From positions 811,554 to 875,553 of the forward strand of contig CM119266.1 in the NCBI GenBank assembly GCA_051294375.1: a stretch of DNA of 64,000 nt, read 5' to 3'. Position 1 is the first letter of the stretch. Each line of letters opens with the position of its first letter. A model generated the notes under the pieces. The model did no database searches. It was given only the letters and a program-made list of their open reading frames with translations, and was not told where the DNA came from. Of this stretch, positions 1 to 11,322 are shown in pieces. A program made the position numbers and the translations under genes. Source of the stretch: Paraspadella gotoi (taxonomy: Eukaryota; Animalia; Chaetognatha).

Positions 1-5
1 CTCAC

Positions 6-2207
6 TTTCAAGTCCTGTTTTCCGTGAGCCTGTGACATTAGAGTTTCACAGGCGCTCGACAGACCGAGTAGAGCCGAGTTTCCACAGACGTTCACGATCG
101 CCGTCGATATTCCTGACGTGGTGATTTATATTTATATAGAATAGAACTCAACACTAACATTCCTTTCCTCTTCTGTCGCTAATATTAAAGATATAATAAC
201 ATTAGCTACAATCATTGTAAATTTCCGAAAGCACCCCTTTTCTGTTCCGAATTTCTAAACTTAATAATTAAAACCTTGTGGCGAATCCTAAATTCGCCTC
301 CCGTATAGCTTGGTGAAACTTAGCTCGTTCCATTGACTTGGACAGCTAAGTACTCATTTACCAACCGTGAGTTCCGGGTTCAAACCCCTTACCCCTTACC
401 CCTTACCCCTTACACCCCTGGCATCACACATGTCCTTCCATATTAACCTAAATATTTAAAGCTAATATCTTACCAAATCCTTAATCCTAAAACTTAACCC
501 TAACCCTAATTTCTACTCAAAAACCTGAATCAATAATATATTGCCAAATCAATAACCTAATCTTTCATATAATCATTAACTCAAAACCTTAACCTAAACT
601 ATGATTTAAAAGCTTACTTCTTTTTATGTTAAAGCTAAAATGGGACAATTTCGAAATATAATGCCAAACCGAGAACCACGTCTTAAGTTTTACTTTTAAC
701 TTTTAACATTTTTTCTTACATTCCCCTAATCGATTTGAGGCTTATTCCATTTTAAAAAGGAAGAGCTAGGCACAATTTTAGTGAAATTAATTAAACTTAT
801 GTAATCGCCATTACGTCACCATTCTTTCTGGCCATCTTGATAAGGTGATAAGTTTTTTCGATTTCGAGCGCCGCGAATCTTTATCTTGATGGCCAAAAGG
901 TGTAATAGTATATCTCTTATGTATCCTTAATTTATTTGTAAACTTAAAACAGAGAAAAAACCTATCGAAAAAGAACAAATAATGAAATAAAGCGAAAAAA
1001 GACGAAAGAAAAACATTGGTTAAACTTAAAATCCACAAAAGTAATTATTTCATTATTTTGTACGCAGACGCAGCTGGGGAAATCCGAATAAAAAAATACG
1101 TATATTTACGTGAATTATACGAAATTCGTTGGTTCTTATACATTTGGGAGAATAGCAAACACGTAGAGTAGGTAGGTTTACTATAGCACAGATATGGGAA
1201 AGAATTACACACCGTCATTAGGCTGATCTGAAGAGACAGAAATAATTGTTATGAGTTAGTGACAGAACCGTTCAATATCAAGCAGTCCCTGAGATTCGGA
1301 TAAGGCTGTCACACTGAGTTACAGGCGGGTTAAGCGACCCGTACCTCTTAACTGCTAGGCGGCCACCGGGTAGAACGCCGGACCTTTGGGTTGGGAGGAA
1401 AATGGCTTGCCTCCTGCACCAATGGCCGCTGATGAACGGTTGGTGGATTTTAGTCCACCATACTTTTTTAAATGTCTTTTGAACGCCTTTTGACACAACC
1501 ATCAGTTTAAAACTTACCCACGGCGCATACCTTACCCACAGCCATGACTCACACATAGCCGCCCTTGCGAAGTTTTCTTACAGACAGATAGAGCGAGACT
1601 CACCGTAGACTTTCTCTCTTGACTTACCCTTGGCCACTATCTCAAGACTCACCCACGGCCGCCAGCGCGTCTTTCCCCAGTCTCCCGATAAAAGGAATAG
1701 AGATGAATCCAAACATGACGAGCGCCAATTGCGTCAGGATGATCGGCCAACAGAGCGACACCAAATGGACCAACGTCGCCCAACACCCCGTCGGGAAAAA
1801 ATGGTGGCACAACAGCTCGTAGCATGTTGTCGCTTTTCTAAAAATAGATTTTATGATTTAGTGATTGTGATAGATAGAGTGTTTAAGTAAAATTATGACG
1901 TTATCTCAACAACTGTGAAATAAAAACCAAATTATTGATCACGAATAACAAGAAAGCCAAATTAATAAAATTATTCTAAAACAGAGAAAATACTATACTA
2001 TACACGGCCTCACGTCCACCATCGTTCAGCCAAAATCCATTGGCTCAGAGGGGGAACACACCATCCCAGGCGTAGTGTTCCATCCACACTTCCACAGTCC
2101 TAACGACTTCCCTCTGCGTTGGCAAAGCGAGACCGTCCTATACCCCCACAATACGTTTTTAAAGTTAAAATTTCTCACAAAATTAACGCTTACCCCTTCG
2201 CCGTCAT
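6..2207 (-). CDS. MATE-family (SLC47-like) multidrug and toxin extrusion transporter, first three coding exons; gene continues left of the window
   Basis: Exons 2194-2207, 1653-1837 and 6-112 have GT-AG boundaries and splice in phase to MTAKGKATTCYELLCHHFFPTGCWATLVHLVSLCWPIILTQLALVMFGFISIPFIGRLGKDALAAVGISTAIVNVCGNSALLGLSSACETLMSQAHGKQDLK. This matches the MATE N-terminal motifs (G(H/R)LGK..L.AV; GLSSAC(D/E)TLxSQxxG). Confidence 0.92.
296..416 (+). repeat. Possible tRNA-derived SINE-like remnant followed by a short (TTACCCC)n run
   Basis: A-box-like TAGCTTGG and B-box-like GGTTCAAACC followed by ccccttaccccttacccc. No complete cloverleaf. Confidence 0.3.
1318..1462. repeat. ~140 bp interspersed repeat, copy A (mirrored at ~12877-13019)
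   Basis: Reverse-complement similarity to 5001-5138 (shared ...cctcc..caccaatggccgctgatgaacg.ttggtgg.ttttagtcca.cata). Internal hairpins, e.g. TGGTGGA-TTTTAG-TCCACCA. Confidence 0.75.
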
Positions 2208-3001
2208 GTTGATCCCTACGCATTCACGAATCACTTTCTTTCGATTCACATTTTACGTTGGATTCTCCTTTCTGCCGAAAATGAATTATAGGTTTAATCC
2301 CACAAGAGTGAAAAAAAAAGTTTTTTCATTCCTTCATTCGAACGAATGGAGTCGTTTCGTTGAAGGACGAAGGCAGGGACGACAACGACGACGACAGAAA
2401 ATTCCGACCAATCAACTGGAAATGATACCGGCGCTTTTTAGCCCACAAATAATTTTTTTAATCATTCGAGTAGTTCACAGTATAATATTTTTTTCTACAA
2501 TGCATATGTCTCATTCCAAAATGTTCTATGTTTAAATATTTTATTTACTATTTGTGATGTATTGTCAAGAGCGGATTACATTATAATTTAAAATACCGAA
2601 TTAGTCAAACAATTTCGCGGCGCAAAATATTATATCAAAATTTAAAAAAAGACCTAGTCGCGGCAGACGTACTATGAGAAAGTTTTTTTAATATTTTAGT
2701 ATTATGACTACTTGAAAGAAGACTGCTAAAAAAGTAATAATATTTTTTTTAAATCGTTGCAAAAAATAAAGCAGTATTTTCGTTTTAATATTTAATATAA
2801 AATAAGCTTACTCCATTTTCTATTTGTGCAAGTTGTCAGTACTAAACCCCGAAAAACTTAATAGCACAACCACTTGCAATTTTGAGTAATTATAATTCAA
2901 TCCGCACAAATTCTCCAGTCTCTATTTGATTAGTTGGAATTATTGCGGATTCAAAATTGTATTTCAACGTTTAGAGAAATTTTCACAACTCCGACTCACC
3001 T

Positions 3002-3005
<4 letters not shown>

Positions 3006-3042
<37 letters not shown>

Positions 3043-3226
3043 AACCTGACTCACCTTTTTTTGTTTTCAGTGTCATGTCACTGTCATGTTAGTGTCGCTC
3101 AGTTAGCTCCAATAGCAATACCTAAATTTCTTTTGACTATTTTTGGTTGTAAAGTAAAAATTTACAATCGGCGAAAAAGTATATTCTTCTATTCACATCT
3201 ATGTTTGATTCGTGCCAAATTTCAAA

Positions 3227-3284
<58 letters not shown>

Positions 3285-3800
3285 CAATATCTTCGGAAAG
3301 CGCCCCATTTCAGTTCCTAATCCGTCAATTTAATTTTAGCCCTAATGTTTAACCAAATGCTTAATTTTTAACCCTAATTCCCAACCTGATACCATATCCT
3401 TAAGCCCAATCAACCAAACTTTTTACCAATTCCCATGCCCAATTCTTCACCCTAATACTACTAAATGGTCAGGCTCACGCTCATGGTCCCGATTTTTCGC
3501 TCTGCACAAATGACGTTGCTTGCGGAATTGGTCAATGGTCAATAATTGAATAAGAATAAAACATATCTGTGAATATTGCAATGTTGTCGATTTTTTTTTG
3601 TTGCTTAAAATAAAGAATTTTCAAGGTTTTTCGGCACGGATATATTATAGAGCTGGTTATTAATCAATAGAAAGCGGGAGCAATCTCGTACCTGCCCTGG
3701 GTGCCGACTGCCTGGGGTAAAAATATCGAATGACACTCGGCAAAGTGTAATGGGTTAATTGAAATTGCGACCGACGGGATTTACAGAATCGGAGGGAGGG

Positions 3801-3886
<86 letters not shown>
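3006..3886. repeat. (CT)n/(AG)n microsatellites; similar runs at 10315-10396, 10989-11058, 11254-11319, 14905-14982, 15631-15710, 23141-23243, 23460-23556 and 38320-38352
   Basis: Directly visible dinucleotide runs; they generate the spurious SLSL/ERER ORFs in the ORF track. Confidence 0.95.
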
Positions 3887-3887
<1 letters not shown>

Positions 3888-5000
3888 CCCGTAATGATAA
3901 AATTACCTCCATTATATTGTGGATCAGTCATTGGAGTTTTAAGGGCGAAATGAATGGTTACATTACGTGTCCCAATTACCTGACAGATTATTTGGTTGTT
4001 TTTTTAATATACTTTGAGTGGTATAGGGAAGCAATTAGTCACATTGTCACAACTTGCGCAGAAAGTCCCGAAATAGGTGAACGATCGGTTGATCTGAAAC
4101 ATGGCATTCATGAAAAAAATAAAGGAAGTTGAAAAGTGAGTCGAATCTCTTGAGTTGAGGTTTTATATACATTATATTACATACAAACCCGCTCCCTTCA
4201 AAACGAAACCTTTATTAATTTATTTATGTTGAAACAACGCGTTCTTCTGTCTTATATATATATATTAAGGCGGGCCAAAATTAAACACTTTTTATAACTT
4301 TTAGTTCTTTCAAAAAAATTCCTTTTTTCTTTCTATTACTAAATCGATTTTCAATGCAACTTTTTGAATTAGTTCATTGGGTTGCTGCACTGAAGCTTTT
4401 AAATATTTATTAATACATAACAAATAACAAAATTTTTTTTAAAAAATTGTATTTTTAAGAACGGATTCCTATAAAGCTTGAAAAGTTAAATGAAGGTTAG
4501 CACTACAATTTTTTAAAATTTTGACAATAAATTGGTTAAAAATAGAAAAAACCTTAAAAAATCATCATCATCATCATCATTGGCTTAATTTCATAGTTTT
4601 TTTTAAATTTTACTAATAAAACAAAAGATTTAAAAAAAATTATATTAATAACCTTAAAGCTCTATTAGATATATTAAAAAAATTGAAAAATAAAAAAAAA
4701 ATTTGAAACTTTATATAGTAATAAAATAATCTTTAAATGCTTCCGTGCGCTAATTAATAAGATAAATTTTAAATTTTTTTTTTATTTTCATTATCTCTAA
4801 CAGTCACTTAACCATTATTTATTTTGAAAGAACTTCTAGTTTTCAACCTGTTCGGCCTAAATATATATTTATATTTCTTTTTTTTATAGCGTCTTTTCTC
4901 GTACTTGAAACAACGCATACTTCTGTCTTTCAAATCCTGTTTTTTTCTCCATGTGGTCTCTTCAAAGTAATTCTGCATTTATCAGATAATAACTAATAAC

Positions 5001-5138
5001 TATGATGGACTAAAACCACCAATCGTTCATCAGCGGCCATTGGTGTAGGAGGCAAGTCATTCCCCTTTTATCCCAAAGGTGGTTCTACCCGGTGGTCGCC
5101 TAGCAATTAGGAGGGATGGGGCCTTAACCGCCTGTAAC
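5001..5138. repeat. ~140 bp interspersed repeat, copy B (mirrored at ~9062-9199)
   Basis: Diverged inverted copy of 1318-1462. Confidence 0.75.
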
Positions 5139-6255
5139 AGCCATATTGAATGGTTTTATCATTAAACATATTAATAATTATTATCTTTTTATAATTTTTT
5201 AGCGTAGTCAATATTATAAGCTTTTTGGGTTAAGTCTTTAGCTGGCTTATATTTAAATAATACATATTTCTATGAAAAAAATTGAAAAGATTTTATTTGA
5301 TTTAAAATTTTTTAAGATGTTATTGCTATCGTTGGCAGTAAGATGTTAGAAATTTTTTCTGCAACTGGATCACGGGTTAACTGCTAAAATCCAGTTATAA
5401 AATAATATTGTTCATTTAAAAATAACTCAATCACGATTCATGCATAGCTTTCAGAGAGAGAGAAAGAGAGATGGATATGTAATTACAGGAAAATTTCCTA
5501 ATTTTGTAGTACCATTGATACTGTAACAATACTAATTTTCTTTACTGTTTAATTTGACTCGGAATATGCAAATGAGAGATTAAAGAACATGAAGAACGAT
5601 TATACACACAACGCTGAGGAAGTAACTTGTGATAGATATATGAGAATATTATCATTATTATTCCAGATTTATTACACTGTCTAGTAAGGTGGAACAGGTT
5701 ACAAACTAACAGAAGTATAAAATTTAATCAAAATCTAGCATCATAAGTCTATTTGGTTGTAAAAGGATAAAATACTTTAGTTGCAGACTATTTCATATTG
5801 TAAAAAATGTTAAATTCTGGACCGCCTTACTGTCTACATTTTAATTTCTTTGGCGGTTTCGGGAGATTTAAAAGGAAATTTTTTAATTTACAATTTTTTT
5901 TTCTTTTTAATTGTGTTTGGTGTTACTTTTTTCTTTCTTTCATTCTTAGTTGTTTTTTTTTCTTCCTTCCATCTTCAAGCAAGTCTTTAAAAAATATCTA
6001 CATTTCTATTTTACATACCTGTATAATTTGCTTTATTTATATCATTTGCTTTATTTATATCATTTGCTTTATTTATATCAAAACGCCTCATTAAAACTAC
6101 TGAGAAATTGAGTCTTCAAGAAGAAGAAGACGGAAACTAAACAAGTGATATACGCGGTTATTCCTACATGAAATTAGACAAACAATATTTCAATGTTATC
6201 GATTTTATGATTTATTCATTCTCGATTTTCTCCTCCCTCCCCCCGCCCCCACCAG

Positions 6256-9200
6256 GCGGACAACAAGGACTGGCGCCTGATGATCAACGTGGAATTTCTG
6301 GATCTCAACGACATAAAATTCGGGACGTGTGAAGATGTCTTGCAGATTTTCGATAAAAACACCAACATCGGATACCCAATGGTGGGAACGGCCTTTATTC
6401 CTTTCGTTCTCTTTTAAGTTTTGTCTTTGTTTTAATTCCGTTTTCTTTTCGTTTTGTTCTCTCAATTTAATAATCGAAATTATGTGATTAAGCTGGATAT
6501 AAATTTTTGATGGAATCGTTGGAGTGGAAAGGAGTTTAAATTTGAAAACCAAAAGATACATATATTTTAATATTTAAAAGTTTCTCTCTATCTCTGATTA
6601 ATTGATTGATTGATTTATTTATTTATTACTAATTTGGTTAAAAGATTGATTGATAATTTTTTTATTTATTTATTGAGAAATTTTTTATGATTTATAATGT
6701 TATGATCTAGTAGTTATGATTAGTTATGTTTTTCTTTCTCTCTATGAATTTTCTTTTTACATTCATTGGACAATGGACATTAAGGCGTAGTGAAAGTTGC
6801 AGATCAAAATTCGAATAGTTAATCATGAACTGTCTTGGACTAAAGAACATTGATATATAAAAAAATTTATTTTAAAATTGCTTAATTTTCGCATACGCCC
6901 ATATTTATACATAGTACTTAGAAAATGTAAAAATTTTAAAATTATGTTTTGTAAGTTTCGAATTCTTCATAAGTCTTAATCAAAAATTCTTTCATTATGT
7001 TAGCCAAAAATTTAAAAAACTATTTTTTATGCTAAAATTGAAATATAGGTTAATAANNNNNNNNNNGTCTTAATCAAAAATTATTTCATTATGTTAGCCA
7101 AAAATTTTAAAAACTATATTTTTTATTCTAAAATTTAAATATAGGTTAATAATAATAGTTTTTTAGGATTTTGATCNNNNNNNNNNNNNNNNNNNNNNNN
7201 NGTAGATCACGAACAGGCTTGTACCTGTGAACATTTTTAAATAAAAAAAAAATTATTTTTAAATTTTCGCATACGCCCATATTTATACATAGTACTCACC
7301 ATAGAAAATGTGAAAATTTTTAAATGTTTTTTTCTTATTTTTAAAGCAGATTCGAATTCCTCACGAAAAGTTTATAAAATGAACAATAACTCTTTTTAGA
7401 AAATTATTTCATTAAGTGGATCAAAATCCTAAAAAACTATTATTATTAACCTATATTTCAATTTTAGCATAAAAAATAGTTTTTTAAATTTTGGCTAACA
7501 TAATGAAAGAATTTTTGATTAAGACTTATGAAGAATTCGAAACTTACAAAACATAATTTTAAAATTTTTACATTTTCTAAGTACTATGTATAAATATGGG
7601 CGTATGCGAAAATTAAGCAATTTTAAAATAATTTTTTTATATATCAATGTTCTTTAGTCCAAGACAGTTCATGATTAACTATTCGAATTTTGATCTGCAA
7701 CTTTCACTACGCCTTAATGTCCATTGTCCAATGAATGTAAAAAGAAAATTCATAGAGAGAAAGAAAAACATAACTAATCATAACTACTAGATCATAACAT
7801 TATAAATCATAAAAAATTTCTCATAAATAAATAAAAAAATATCAATCAATCATTTAACCAAATTAGTAATAAATCAATCAATAAATTAATCAGAGATAGA
7901 GAGAAACTTTTAAATATTAAAATATATGTATCTTTTGATTTTCAAATTTAAACTCCTTTCCACTCCAACGATTCCATCAAATATTTATATCCAGCTTAAT
8001 CACATAATTTCGATTATTAAATTGAGAGAACAAAACGAAAAGAAAACGGAATTAAAACAAAGACAAAACTTAAAAGAGAACGAAAGGAATAAAGGCCGTT
8101 CCCACCATTGGTATCCGATGTTGGTGTTTTTATCGAAAATCTGCAAGACATCTTCACACGTCCCGAATTTTATGTCGTTGAGATCCAGAAATTCCACGTT
8201 GATCATCAGGCGCCAGTCCTTGTTGTCCGCCTGGTGGGGGCGGGGGGAGGGAGGAGAAAATCGAGAATGAATAAATCATTAAAGGGTAACATTGAAATAT
8301 TGTTTGTCTAATTTCATGTAGGAATAACCGCGTATATCACTTGTTTAGTTTCCGTCTTCTTCTTCTTGAAGACTCAATTTCTCAGTAGTTTTAATGAGGC
8401 GTTTTGATATAAATAAAGCAAATGATATAAATAAAGCAAATGATATAAATAAAGCAAATTATACAGGTATGTAAAATAGAAATGTAGATATTTTTTAATG
8501 ACTTGCTTGAAGATGGAAGGAAGAAAAAAAACCAACTAAGAATGAAAGAAAGAAAAAAGTAACACCAAACACAATTAAAAAGAAAAAAAATTGTAAATTA
8601 AAAAATTTCCTTTTAAATCTCCGAAACCGCCAAAGAAATTAAAATGTAGACAGTAAGGCGGTCCAGAATTTAACATTTTTTACAATATAAAATAGTCTGC
8701 AACTAAAGTATTTTTCCTTTTACAACCAAATAGACTTATGATGCTAGATTTTGATTAAATTTTATACTTCTGTTAGTTTGTAACCTGTTCCACCTTACTA
8801 GACAGTGTAATAAATCTGGAATAATAATGATAATATTCTCATATATCTATCACAAGTTACTTCCTCGCGTTATTGTATAATTCGTTCTTCATGTTCTTTC
8901 ATCTCATTTGCATATTCCGAGTCAAAATTAAACAGTAAAAGAAAATTAGTATTGACTTAAAGACTTAACCCAAAAAGCTTATAATATTGACTACGCTAAA
9001 AAATTATAAAAAGATAATAATATATTAATATGTGTTAATGATGAATCCATTCAATATGGCTGTTACAGGCTGGTTAAGTGCCCCATCCCTCCTAATTGCT
9101 AGGCGACCACTGGGGTAGAACCTTTGGATAAAAGGGGAATGACTTGCCTCCTACACCAATGGCCGCTGATGAACGATTGGTGGATTTTAGTCCATCATAG

Positions 9201-10312
9201 TTATTAGTTATTAGTTATTATCTGATAAATGCAGAATTACTTTGAAGAGACCACATGGAGAAAAAAACAGGATTTGAAAGACAGAAGTATGCGTTGTTTC
9301 AACGTACGAGAAAAGACGCTATAAGAAATAAGAAATATATATATATATTAGGCCGGAACAGGTTGAAAACTAGAAGTTCTCTCAAATAAATAATGGTTAA
9401 GTGACTGTTAGAGATAATGAAAATAAAAAATAAATTTAAAATTTATCTTATTAATTAGCGCACGGAAGCATTTAAAGATTATTTTATTACTATATAAGTT
9501 TAAATTTTTTTTTTATTTTTCAATTTTTTTAATATTTCTGATAGAGCTTTAAGGTTATTAATATAATTTTTTAAAATTTGTTTTATTAGTAAAATTTTTA
9601 AAAAACTATGAAATTCAGCCAATGATGATGATGATGATGATTTTTTAAGTTTTTTCTATTTTTAACCAATTTATTGTCAAAATTTTAAAAAATTGTAGTG
9701 CTAACCTTCATTTAACTTTTCAAGCTTTATAGGAATCCGTTCTTAAAAAATACAATTTTTTTAAAAAAATTTTGTTATTTGTTATGTATTAATAAATATT
9801 TAAAAGCTTCAGTGCAGCAACCCAATGAACTAATTCAAAAAGTTGCATTGAAAATCGATTTAGTAATAGAAAGAAAAAAAGAATTGTTTTGAGAGAACTA
9901 AAAGTTATAAAAAGAGTTTAATTTTGGCCCGCCTTAATATATATATATAAGACAGAAGAACGCGTTGTTTCAACATAAATAAATTAATAAAGGTTTCGTT
10001 TTGAAGGAGCGGGTTTGTATGTAATATAATGTATATAAAACCTCAACTCAAGAGATTCGACTCACTTTTCATCTTCCTTTATTTTTTTTCATGAATGCGA
10101 TGTTTCAGATCAACCGATCGTTACCTATTTCGGGACTTTCTGCGCAAGTTGTGACAATGTGACTAATTGCTTCCTATACCACTCAAAGTATATTAAAAAA
10201 AAAACCAAATAATCTATCAGGTAATTGGGTCACGTAATGTAACCATTCATTTCGCCCTTAAAACTCCAATGACTGATCCACAATATAATGGAGGTAATTT
10301 TATCATTACGGG

Positions 10313-10399
<87 letters not shown>

Positions 10400-10986
10400 C
10401 CCTCCCTCCGATTCTGTAAATCCCGTCGGTCGCAATTTCAATTAACCCATTACACTTTGCCGAGTGTCATTCGATATTTTTACCCCAGGCAGTCGGCACC
10501 CAGGGCAGGTACGAGATTGCTCCCGCTTTCTATTGATTAATAACCAGCTCTATAATATATCCGTGCCGAAAATCCTTGAAAATTCTTTATTTTAAGCAAC
10601 AAAAAAAAATCGACAACATTGCAATATTCACAGATATGTTTTATTCTTATCAATTATTGACCATTGACCAATACGCAAGCAACGTCATTTGTGCAGAGCG
10701 AAAAATCGGGACCATTTGTAGCAAAAAAACGTGAAAAAACACCAATCAGGATTGGCGATTCCATTTCGCTTGATCGATTCGATTTTGGTGGCTTGATACT
10801 CCTGCGATGGTAGTATTAGGGTGAAGTATTGGGTATGGAATTTGGTAAAAAGTTTGGTTGATTGGGCTTAAGGATATGGTATCAGGTTGGGAATTAGGGT
10901 TAAAAATTAAGCATTTGGTTAAATATTAGGGCTAAAATTAAATTGACGGATTAGGAACTGAAATGGGGCGCTTTTCGAAGATATTG

Positions 10987-11061
<75 letters not shown>

Positions 11062-11253
11062 GAGTTTGAAATTTGCACGAATCAAACATAGATGTGAATA
11101 GAAGAATATACTTTTTCGCCGATTGTAAATTTTTACTTTACAACCAAAAATAGTCAAAAGAAATTTAGGTATTGCTATTGGAGACTAACTGAGCGACACT
11201 AACATGACAGTGACATGACACTGAAAAAAAAAAAGGTGAGTCAGGTTGACAGT

Positions 11254-11322
<69 letters not shown>

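Noticed and set aside
385-600. Telomere-like (TTACCCC)n and TAACCC repeats
   Set aside because: Short, degenerate and intronic; not a chromosome end.
1400-1445. CTGATGA in the 140 bp repeat suggested a hammerhead ribozyme; GCC-TCC...GGC suggested an HDV-like ribozyme
   Set aside because: No GAAA with a properly paired stem II/III is conserved in both copies, and the HDV P1/P1.1/P2 geometry could not be built.
3690-3712. 20-nt segment with splice-like borders on the minus strand (mirror ~10488-10507)
   Set aside because: Not a multiple of three and cannot be tied to a gene model.
2926-3953. SLSLSL / ERERER ORFs here and at other (AG)n runs
   Set aside because: Microsatellite translation artefacts.
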